DNA from: Kiloniellaceae bacterium
Lineage (GTDB): Bacteria; Pseudomonadota; Alphaproteobacteria; Kiloniellales; J153
Direction of reading: 5' to 3'
NCBI GenBank assembly: GCA_021776115.1
Contig: JAJFGN010000063.1
Location: 18,375-82,374, forward strand
DNA length: 64,000 nt
Below are positions 56,774 through 64,000 of this stretch, piece by piece; the first letter of the stretch is position 1; each line of letters starts with the position of its first letter. The position numbers were made by a program, and so were the translations under genes. The notes under the pieces are model-generated. The model searched no databases and was not told the DNA's origin. It saw only the letters and a list, made by a program, of their open reading frames with translations.

Positions 56774-59700
56774 TCAGGCGCTTTCGCGTAGGTCTTCCGC
56801 GGCCCCCAGATCGACCGACACCAGACGGCTGATTCCCCGTTCCGCCATGGTGACTCCGTATAGGCGGTCAACGCGGGCCATGGTCATACGATGGTGCGTA
56901 ATGATGAGGAAACGCGTGGTCCCCGTCGCGCACAACTCCTCCAGCAGGGTGCAGAAGCGGTCGACGTTGGCGTCGTCCAGGGGGGCATCGACCTCGTCCA
57001 GCACGCAGATCGGCGCCGGGTTGGTCAGAAACACCGCGAACAGCAGAGACAGGGCGGTCAGGGCCTGCTCGCCACCCGAGAGCAAGGACATGACCTGGAG
57101 CCGTTTTCCCGGCGGGCTGGCCAGGATTTCCAGGCCGGCCTCGAGCGGGTCGTCCGCTTCGGTCAATTTCAAATGCGCCTTGCCGCCGCCGAACAGGCGC
57201 ACGAACAGCTCTGAAAAGTGTGCATCGACCTTCTCGAAGGCGGCGAGCAGCCGCTCCCGCCCTTCGCGATTCAAGCTCGTGATACCGTGACGCAGGCGGG
57301 CGATTGCCGCGACCAGATCGGCCCGCTCCGACTGCATGCTGTTGATTTGCCGATCCAGTTCCTGGGCTTCCGACTCGGCGCGCAAGTTGACGGCCCCCAG
57401 GTTCTCCCGCTCGCGTACCAGGCGGGCGAGCTTGGCGTCGATGTCGTCGCGCTGGGGTAATTCCTGGCCGGGATCCAGTTCGGCGATCTCAAGGGTTTGT
57501 TCCAGAGCGCATTCCAGCCGCTCGCGGACCTTTTCGGTGACGTTGGCCAGCGATTGCTCGGCCTGGGCGACGGCGGCTTCCGCGCGCACCCGGTCCTCGC
57601 GCGCGCTGGCCAGGGCCTGCTCGGCCGCTTTCAGGGCTTTATCCTGGGTGCTGAGCTGGGTTTCGCCGAGGGCGAGGGCATCCGCCGCCTCTTTGCGGCT
57701 GGTTTCGGCGTTTGAGACTTGTTCGGCCAGAACTTCGCGCAGGGCGTGCAGTTCGGTGGGGCGCGCGGCCAGGGCGTCGATCTCGGTGGCTACCGTGGCC
57801 AAGCGCTCGTCCAGTTCGGCCATATGAAGCTCGGCATCGCGATTGCGCTCGGCCCAGGACCGCTTCTCTTCGACGATGGCGGCCAAGCGATGGCGGCGGG
57901 ATTCGGATTCGCCGGTTAAGCGATCCAAGGCGCTTCGGTGCTCGGCCAGTTCGCTCCGTTGCTCGCTCAAACGGCTCCGCAAATCGCCCAGCCGTTCGCG
58001 CGCCGATGCCAAATCGGGAATCTGCTCCGATTCCTGGCGGGCCGAAGATAGGGACATCTGCGTCTCACCCAGGTCACCCGCTATTCGCGCAGCGGATTCG
58101 TCCAAGCCGGAAAGACGCGAGGCGATCGCCGCGGCTTCCTGGGTCAGTTCCCCATGGTCTTGCCGGGCCTGGTGCAGCACTCCGTAGGCTTCGGTCACGG
58201 CTGAGCGGGCGGTTCGCTCCCCAGCCGAGGCCCGCTCGAAGGTGGCGCGCGCGTCGTCGTGGCCGGCACGGGCCCGTGCCGCGGCCTCATTGGCGCCGAC
58301 CAAAAGCCGGCGCAATTCGGTGAGGCGGTTGCGCTGCGCCAAGCGCTTGCCTGCCGGCGTGCGCGCGTCCGATGCCACCGTGAAGCCATCCCAGCGCCAC
58401 ACGGCGCCCTCACGGGTTACAAGGCGTTGGCCGGGGGCCAAATCCGCTTGCAACCGGGTGCCGGTCTCGTTGTCAGGAACCACGCCGATCTGGGACAGAC
58501 GCCGGGTCAAGGCAAGCGACCCGCGCACGCGCCGGTTCAGCGGTTCCGCCCCGTCCGGTAGGGCCGCCGCGCTGTCATAGGGCGGCAGGTTTCGCCAATG
58601 AACCGGAGCGGCGGAATCGCTGGGTGCGGCGATATCGTCGCCCAAGGCAGCGCCCAGAGCGGCCTCGTATCCGGCCTCGACGGAGACCTCGTCAACCAGA
58701 GGCGTCCAATCCGTTGTCTCTCCCGGCTCCAGAATTGCGCTCAGTGCCGTGGCCTCGGCCTCCAGCTTGGCGCGCGCGGCCTCGGCCTGCTGCATGGCTT
58801 CCCGGGTTTTGCTTTCCGCTTCCCGCGACCCGGCCAAGGCATCGTCGGCGGCCTCGGCATCTTGTCTGACCCTTTCCAGGGCCGCGTCGGCGGCCGCCAC
58901 GGCGGCTTTTCCGGCTTCCAGGCGCGCATCGCCGATGCGTTGCGCCGCGAGCTTGGCGCGTTGATCGTCAATCACTTCGGCCTGATTGCGAAGCCGCGCC
59001 AGGCGCGCCGAAACTTCCTCGACCCGGCGGCGCAGGGCGCTCGCCTTGGCTTCGTCGGCGGCGACACGTTCCGCGGTTTCTCCGACTTCGCTTTCCAGGG
59101 CTTGGGCGGCCGCGAGGGCCTTGGCATGAATTTGCTCGGCGCGGGCGATCGCCTCACCCTCGCCGGTGGCGGTGGATTCGAGCTCGCTCCGCTCGTCGTC
59201 CAAGCGCGTTTGAGCCGCGGCGGCGTCCTCGGCCTGCGCCTCAGCGCGCGCGCGGTCGCCTTCGAGGTGGGTCCGGTGGCTGATGGCCTGCTCCATGGCC
59301 GCGGCAACCCGCGCCTCTTCGCGGTCCAGATTGTCGCGGTCGACCAGAAGCCGCTGCAAGGCCGCCGCCGCCCGCGCTTCCTGTTCGCGCAGCTGGGGCA
59401 GGGCGGCCGCCGCCTCGGCCTGCTCGGTCGCGCACGCCGCCGCCGCTTCGGTCAGTGTGGCGACCTGACGTTCGGCCTCTCCCAGCCGGTCGCGCGCCTC
59501 TATCAGCAGGGATTTGACGGACTCGGCTTCCAGATGCAGGGCGATGGCCTCGTGGCGCCGGATGTGGTCCGCTAGCCGGCGATACCGTGCCGCTTGGCGA
59601 GCTTGCTTCTTCAGGCCTTGAAGTTGCGTTTCCAGAGTCGTGACCACATCGTCCAGGCGCTCAAGATTGGTTTCGGCCGCGCGCAGGCGCAACTCGGCCT

Positions 59701-60238
59701 CGTGCCGGCGCGAATGCAGGCCGGTGATACCCGCGGCTTCCTCGAGAAGCGCACGCCTGTCGGTCGCCTTCGCGTTGATGAGCGCGCCAATCCGGCCCTG
59801 ACTGACCAGCGCCGTACTGTGCGCCCCGGTCGCCGCGTCGGCGAACAGCAGTTGCACGTCGCGGGCGCGGACCTCCCGGCCGTTGACCCGGTAGGTCGAG
59901 CCGCCGCCACGTTCTATCCGGCGCGTCACTTCCAGCGAGTCGTAGTCGTTGAACATCGCGGGCGCCTTGCGGGCCGCGTTGTCGAGAACCAGATTAACCT
60001 CGGCCAGGTTGCGGCCCGGCCGCGTCGCGCTGCCGGCGAAGATAACGTCATCCATTTCCGAACCGCGCATACGCTTGGCTGAGTTTTCACCCATAACCCA
60101 GCGCAGCGCCTCGACCAGATTCGATTTACCGCAACCGTTCGGCCCGACGATGCCGGTTATGCCCCGATCGATGGACACCTCGATAGGATCGACGAAGGAC
60201 TTGAACCCGCTTAACTGCAGCTTCGTAAATTGCACCAC
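56774..60238 (-). CDS. smc: Chromosome segregation protein SMC
   Basis: GFKSF, GPNGCGKSN, hinge, LSGGE, LDEVDAPLD, ITH. Confidence 0.97.
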   Translation of the reverse strand: MVQFTKLQLSGFKSFVDPIEVSIDRGITGIVGPNGCGKSNLVEALRWVMGENSAKRMRGSEMDDVIFAGSATRPGRNLAEVNLVLDNAARKAPAMFNDYDSLEVTRRIERGGGSTYRVNGREVRARDVQLLFADAATGAHSTALVSQGRIGALINAKATDRRALLEEAAGITGLHSRRHEAELRLRAAETNLERLDDVVTTLETQLQGLKKQARQAARYRRLADHIRRHEAIALHLEAESVKSLLIEARDRLGEAERQVATLTEAAAACATEQAEAAAALPQLREQEARAAAALQRLLVDRDNLDREEARVAAAMEQAISHRTHLEGDRARAEAQAEDAAAAQTRLDDERSELESTATGEGEAIARAEQIHAKALAAAQALESEVGETAERVAADEAKASALRRRVEEVSARLARLRNQAEVIDDQRAKLAAQRIGDARLEAGKAAVAAADAALERVRQDAEAADDALAGSREAESKTREAMQQAEAARAKLEAEATALSAILEPGETTDWTPLVDEVSVEAGYEAALGAALGDDIAAPSDSAAPVHWRNLPPYDSAAALPDGAEPLNRRVRGSLALTRRLSQIGVVPDNETGTRLQADLAPGQRLVTREGAVWRWDGFTVASDARTPAGKRLAQRNRLTELRRLLVGANEAAARARAGHDDARATFERASAGERTARSAVTEAYGVLHQARQDHGELTQEAAAIASRLSGLDESAARIAGDLGETQMSLSSARQESEQIPDLASARERLGDLRSRLSEQRSELAEHRSALDRLTGESESRRHRLAAIVEEKRSWAERNRDAELHMAELDERLATVATEIDALAARPTELHALREVLAEQVSNAETSRKEAADALALGETQLSTQDKALKAAEQALASAREDRVRAEAAVAQAEQSLANVTEKVRERLECALEQTLEIAELDPGQELPQRDDIDAKLARLVRERENLGAVNLRAESEAQELDRQINSMQSERADLVAAIARLRHGITSLNREGRERLLAAFEKVDAHFSELFVRLFGGGKAHLKLTEADDPLEAGLEILASPPGKRLQVMSLLSGGEQALTALSLLFAVFLTNPAPICVLDEVDAPLDDANVDRFCTLLEELCATGTTRFLIITHHRMTMARVDRLYGVTMAERGISRLVSVDLGAAEDLRESA

Positions 60239-60273
60239 GTACTTTCGATCCCCCGCCCGGTTCGGCCGTCAAA

Positions 60274-60307
60274 TTCTACTTTAAGTCTGCTTCTACTTTA
60301 AGTCTGC
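60274..60307. repeat. Perfect 17-bp tandem duplication upstream of smc
   Basis: ttctactttaagtctgc x2. Confidence 0.9.
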
Positions 60308-60324
60308 GCAAACGCGGCCGCGGC

Positions 60325-60951
60325 TCATGCGCCGGGCACGATCTTGCGAAAAATCGACTCGTATTCCTGGAACGAACGCGCTCCACCGACCTTTTCGCCA
60401 TTGATGATAAAGGTCGGGGTCGATTCCACCCCATAGGCCGTGCGGCCTTCCTGGGCACGCGTCAAAATTTTGTCCATCTCCGCCTGATCCGCGACGCAGG
60501 CATCGACCCGTTCTTGGCTGAGCCCGGCCAGCTTTGCATATTGGCTAAGAACCTTGAGTGGGTCTTGCGCCGGCTTCCACTTGGCCTGATTTTCAAACAA
60601 GAGGTCGACAAAAGCGAAGTACCGCTCCTCTTGGATACAATTGGCGATCGCCGCCGCTCGCAGGCCCAAACCGTCCAGCGGAAAATGGCGATAGACCAAG
60701 CGCACCTTGCCTTCGGCGATCCAGGCTTCCTTGATTTGTGGCAAGGCTTCTCGATGGAAGGCCGCGCAATAAGGGCACGTCAGGGACGAATACTCGATCA
60801 TGGTAATCGGTGCATCGGCCGCGCCAAGAATACGGTCGTCCTGATGAACGGGTGTTTCCTCGGCCCGGGCCAGCCCCGAAAGGCGCCCAAGAGGCGCGAT
60901 CGAGACCAGGGCGGCGCCAGCGGCGCCCATCAGTATCTGCCTGCGTTTCAT
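60325..60951 (-). CDS. DsbA-like thioredoxin protein
   Basis: RR-containing signal, EYSSLTCPYCA.FH, RHFPL, STPTF.ING. Confidence 0.9.
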   Translation of the reverse strand: MKRRQILMGAAGAALVSIAPLGRLSGLARAEETPVHQDDRILGAADAPITMIEYSSLTCPYCAAFHREALPQIKEAWIAEGKVRLVYRHFPLDGLGLRAAAIANCIQEERYFAFVDLLFENQAKWKPAQDPLKVLSQYAKLAGLSQERVDACVADQAEMDKILTRAQEGRTAYGVESTPTFIINGEKVGGARSFQEYESIFRKIVPGA

Positions 60952-61114
60952 TTCTTACCTACCATATGTTGTTATCGTATCGGGGGGAGCGGCGAAGCAC
61001 AAGATTCCTTGTCCACAGCGCGGAGGTTTTTGCCGCGCCCTGGGGGCGGCGATTGAAGCCCCTACATGTGGCTAGATTACGGCGGCGCAATGGTTATACC
61101 AAAGGTCCTTGATA

Positions 61115-61657
61115 TTAGCCGCCACGCCGCAGGATGGCTTGGCCAAGGCGGTCGAGCGCGCCCCGTAGCTCGGTGTCCTCGACATCTTCGAGGCGCGCGT
61201 GCAGCGCGGCCATGGCCTCTGGCGAGAGCGGGGCGGCGGGGACCGTCTTGGGCGCCGGGGGCGGACTCGGCGCCTGCAAAAGGCGTAAACGGGTGACCGC
61301 CCGGAACCCGAAATAGCCGTTTATCCGCTCCAGCAATTGCGGCTCCAGGTGTTGGACCTCAAGGGCGTAACCGGCCTCGACGCGCAAGGTCAAGGTGCCT
61401 TCGGCCTCGTGCGCGGCGCCCTGGCGGCGGGGCCGGGGCCGGTCGAGCTTGCGCGGGACGCAGCGCGACGCGATGTCCCGCCCGACAATGCTGGTCCAAT
61501 CGCCCAGCAGGTCGGCCTCGGCAAAGCCCCGCTTGCCAAGGGCGTTCCCGGTAATCTTCGGCAGGGTTTTCGCGATGGCGCGCAGGCCAAAGCCGCGCCG
61601 GGTCCGGCCTTTGGCGCCGGTCTGGTTCTTGTCGCTTGTCTTCGAAGTGTCGCTCAT
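61115..61657 (-). CDS. DUF721/DciA family protein
   Basis: KRGF....L..W..IVG, L...H....LERIN.YFGF.AV; usual position between mutY and dsbA. Confidence 0.85.
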   Translation of the reverse strand: MSDTSKTSDKNQTGAKGRTRRGFGLRAIAKTLPKITGNALGKRGFAEADLLGDWTSIVGRDIASRCVPRKLDRPRPRRQGAAHEAEGTLTLRVEAGYALEVQHLEPQLLERINGYFGFRAVTRLRLLQAPSPPPAPKTVPAAPLSPEAMAALHARLEDVEDTELRGALDRLGQAILRRGG

Positions 61658-61685
61658 GAGATCACGATTCAGTATAAGTGGGGTT

Positions 61686-62825
61686 ATGTCCCTTGAGGCA
61701 AGCTTGAATAGGCGGCCCGAAATCGCTGAAGGGCTGTTGGCCTGGTACGACCGGCACGCGCGGGTGCTCCCCTGGCGCGCCCACCCGGGCGCGTGGCCCG
61801 ATCCCTACCGGGTTTGGCTGTCCGAAATCATGCTGCAGCAGACCACCGTGGCGAGCGTGATCTCCTACTTCGACACCTTCACCCGGCGCTGGCCGGACGT
61901 CCATGCCCTGGCCGCCGCGCCCCCGGAGGAGGTTCTCGCGGCCTGGGCCGGGCTCGGATACTACGCCCGCGCGCGTAACCTGCACGCCTGCGCCCGCGCG
62001 GTGTCCCGGGATCGCGCCGGCCAGTTTCCGCGCCAGGAGGCCGCCTTGCGGCACCTGCCTGGGATTGGCCCCTATACCGCCGCCGCGATCGCCGCGATCG
62101 CCTTTGGCGAACGGGCCAGCGTGGTGGACGGCAACGTCGAGCGGGTCACGGCGCGCCTCTTCGCGCTTGAGACTCCCTTGCCCACGGCGAAAGCGGCGCT
62201 GCGCGCGCTTGCCGAAAGTCTTCTGCCGCCGGCCCCGGCCCCGGCCTTCCGCTATGGCGACTTCGCGCAGGCCATGATGGACCTGGGGGCGACCGTTTGC
62301 GTGCCGCGCCGGCCACGTTGCGCACTGTGCCCGCTTCAAGAAGCCTGTGCGGCGCGGGCCGCCGGCTTGGCCAAGGACTTACCTCGCCAAGCGCCGAAGA
62401 AGGCGCGTCCGACCCGGCGTGGGGCGGCTTTCTGGCTCACCCGGCCCGACGGCGCCGTGCTTCTGCGCCGGCGGGCCGAGAAGGGGCTTTTGGGCGGCAT
62501 GCTGGAGGTGCCGTCCGCCGGGTGGCAGGCCGCGCTCCCGGACGATGGCGGCGGCGATCCGGCCACGGACCTGGCGGCCGCCCCGGTTCCGGCCGATTGG
62601 ATCGCCTTGCCGGGGGTCGTGCGCCACACCTTCACGCATTTTCATCTGGAATTGGTCGTGTGGGCCGCGGAGCTTGAGCCCCGGCCCCGCAATGAGCGGC
62701 CGTCCGGAGAAAAGTGGGTGCGATTCGAGGAGCTTAGAGAGGCCGGGTTGCCCAGCGTTATGCACAAGGTCGCCCGCCACGCCCTAAATCACCTTGCGCC
62801 ATCGCCGCCGGCCTCAGGGAAATAG
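61686..62825 (+). CDS. mutY: A/G-specific adenine glycosylase
   Basis: WLSEIMLQQT, GLGYYARARN, LPGIGPYTA, VDGNVER, C-X6-C-X2-C-X5-C. Confidence 0.96.
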   Translation: MSLEASLNRRPEIAEGLLAWYDRHARVLPWRAHPGAWPDPYRVWLSEIMLQQTTVASVISYFDTFTRRWPDVHALAAAPPEEVLAAWAGLGYYARARNLHACARAVSRDRAGQFPRQEAALRHLPGIGPYTAAAIAAIAFGERASVVDGNVERVTARLFALETPLPTAKAALRALAESLLPPAPAPAFRYGDFAQAMMDLGATVCVPRRPRCALCPLQEACAARAAGLAKDLPRQAPKKARPTRRGAAFWLTRPDGAVLLRRRAEKGLLGGMLEVPSAGWQAALPDDGGGDPATDLAAAPVPADWIALPGVVRHTFTHFHLELVVWAAELEPRPRNERPSGEKWVRFEELREAGLPSVMHKVARHALNHLAPSPPASGK

Positions 62826-62934
62826 ACCGGCGCCGGTTTCGGTTAAGCGCATCTTCATCGTCCGTCCGCGATAGTTGGGGGGCCAGGACGGTGTACTGAG
62901 GCGCCGTCGTACACAAAAAACAGCGAATTCATCG

Positions 62935-63861
62935 ATGGCCAAACCGACGCAAAGCGACCCCCTTATTCAGGCGTTTCAGGCCACTAGCCGTGCGGTGATG
63001 ATCACCGACGGCGAAGGCCGGATCGTCACGGTCAACAAGGCCTTCACGGAGTTAACGGCCTGGACGGCGGCGGAGGCCATTGGCCAGTCGCCGAACATCT
63101 TGTCCTCGGGGCATCAGGACGTCGACTTTTACGAAAGCATGTGGTCCGCGCTGCAGGGCGAGGGGCACTGGCAAGGTGAGCTGTGTAACCGCCGCAAGGA
63201 TGGCGAAGTTTATCCCGAGCACCTGACCATCGATGCGATACGCGGCGGCGATGGGGAAACCACGCACTACGTCGCGGTTTTCTCATGCATCGAGGAGCAG
63301 AAGCGGCGCGAGACGCATCTCGCGCGCCTAGCCTTCTACGACGCCGTTACCGGTCTTCCGAACCGCGGTTTGTGCGAGGACCGCCTGGAGCGCGCAATCG
63401 CCCTGGCGCGGCGCCGGGCCGGGAACATGGCGGTTCACATGATTGACCTGAATGGCTTCAAGGCGATCAACGACAGCTTCGGGCCCGAGTGCGGCGACTT
63501 GATTCTCAAGGCGGCCAGCGAGCGTTTACGCGCCTGCCTGCGCGACAGCGACACAATCGCGCGCTGGGGCGGCGATGAATTCACCATCGTTCAGCCTTCG
63601 GTGGATGGCGCCAGCGGTGTCCGCGAGGTGGGCTTGCGCATGCTGGCGGCCTTGCGCCGGCCTTTCGTCATGGCGGGAGACGAAATTAAGCTGAACGGCA
63701 GCATTGGGGCCGCCTTGTTCCCGGGCGACGGCGACAGTGTCGAGGAAATCGTCTCTTGCGCGGACCGTGCCATGCACAGCGTGAAGGGCGACGGCAAAGG
63801 CGGATTCGCGCTGCACGGCGATGGCGAGGTGCGGAGCACGACACGCCGCCGCGCCGTTTAG
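62935..63861 (+). CDS. PAS-GGDEF diguanylate cyclase
   Basis: PAS/PAC (NRRKDGE), D.VTGLPNR, RDSD I-site, RWGGDEF. Confidence 0.92.
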   Translation: MAKPTQSDPLIQAFQATSRAVMITDGEGRIVTVNKAFTELTAWTAAEAIGQSPNILSSGHQDVDFYESMWSALQGEGHWQGELCNRRKDGEVYPEHLTIDAIRGGDGETTHYVAVFSCIEEQKRRETHLARLAFYDAVTGLPNRGLCEDRLERAIALARRRAGNMAVHMIDLNGFKAINDSFGPECGDLILKAASERLRACLRDSDTIARWGGDEFTIVQPSVDGASGVREVGLRMLAALRRPFVMAGDEIKLNGSIGAALFPGDGDSVEEIVSCADRAMHSVKGDGKGGFALHGDGEVRSTTRRRAV

Positions 63862-63890
63862 CGCCCTATATCGAGCCTCAAAATTCAAGC

Positions 63891-64000
63891 TCAGTTTAGC
63901 TCGGCGCGGATCTTTTGCCGCAGCATGTCGATGGGTACCAGCGTGCCCTCGACATTGTAGCACCAGAACTGCCAACCGTTGCACGCGGGCGCCCCCTGCA
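63891..64000 (-). CDS. ccrM: Cell-cycle-regulated DNA methyltransferase CcrM, C-terminal end
   Basis: Manual translation ...QGAPACNGWQFWCYNVEGTLVPIDMLRQKIRAELN*; CNGW.FW is the CcrM C-terminal signature; near mutY as usual. Confidence 0.85.
   Translation of the reverse strand, partial: QGAPACNGWQFWCYNVEGTLVPIDMLRQKIRAELN

Overview
GC-rich alphaproteobacterial chromosome segment. Gene order and content (cox operon, F0 ATP synthase, smc-dsbA-DUF721-mutY-ccrM, gcvTHP behind a tandem glycine riboswitch, CtrA-type boxes) suggest a Rhodospirillales/Kiloniellales-like host, which is an inference. The core backbone runs ubiA-rsmE-gshA, tldD, coxB-coxA-ctaB-ctaG-coxC-DUF983-SURF1-M32, thrC-M16-GNAT, yqgE-dsbD-prx, rnhA-thrB-ispH, gcvTHP, atpIBEF'F, smc, mutY, ccrM. 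It is interrupted by accessory blocks: (i) a rhombosortase cassette with secreted proteins at the left edge; (ii) a ~1,980-aa modular secreted protein; (iii) a compact merR/merB-merF-merA mercury locus with an apparently leaderless first gene; (iv) a candidate CtrA-controlled small RNA; (v) a decayed, partly duplicated island between M32 and thrC; (vi) a coiled-coil orphan gene between two IS630 end scars; (vii) a lower-GC block after gcvP with a 23-bp palindrome, a GNAT-like gene and a PAS-like gene overlapping tail-to-tail by 120 nt, a DMT transporter with a G11 tract and a pentapeptide-repeat protein. No CRISPR array, rRNA, tRNA or intact transposase was recognised. All family calls come from motif recognition by eye, not database searches.
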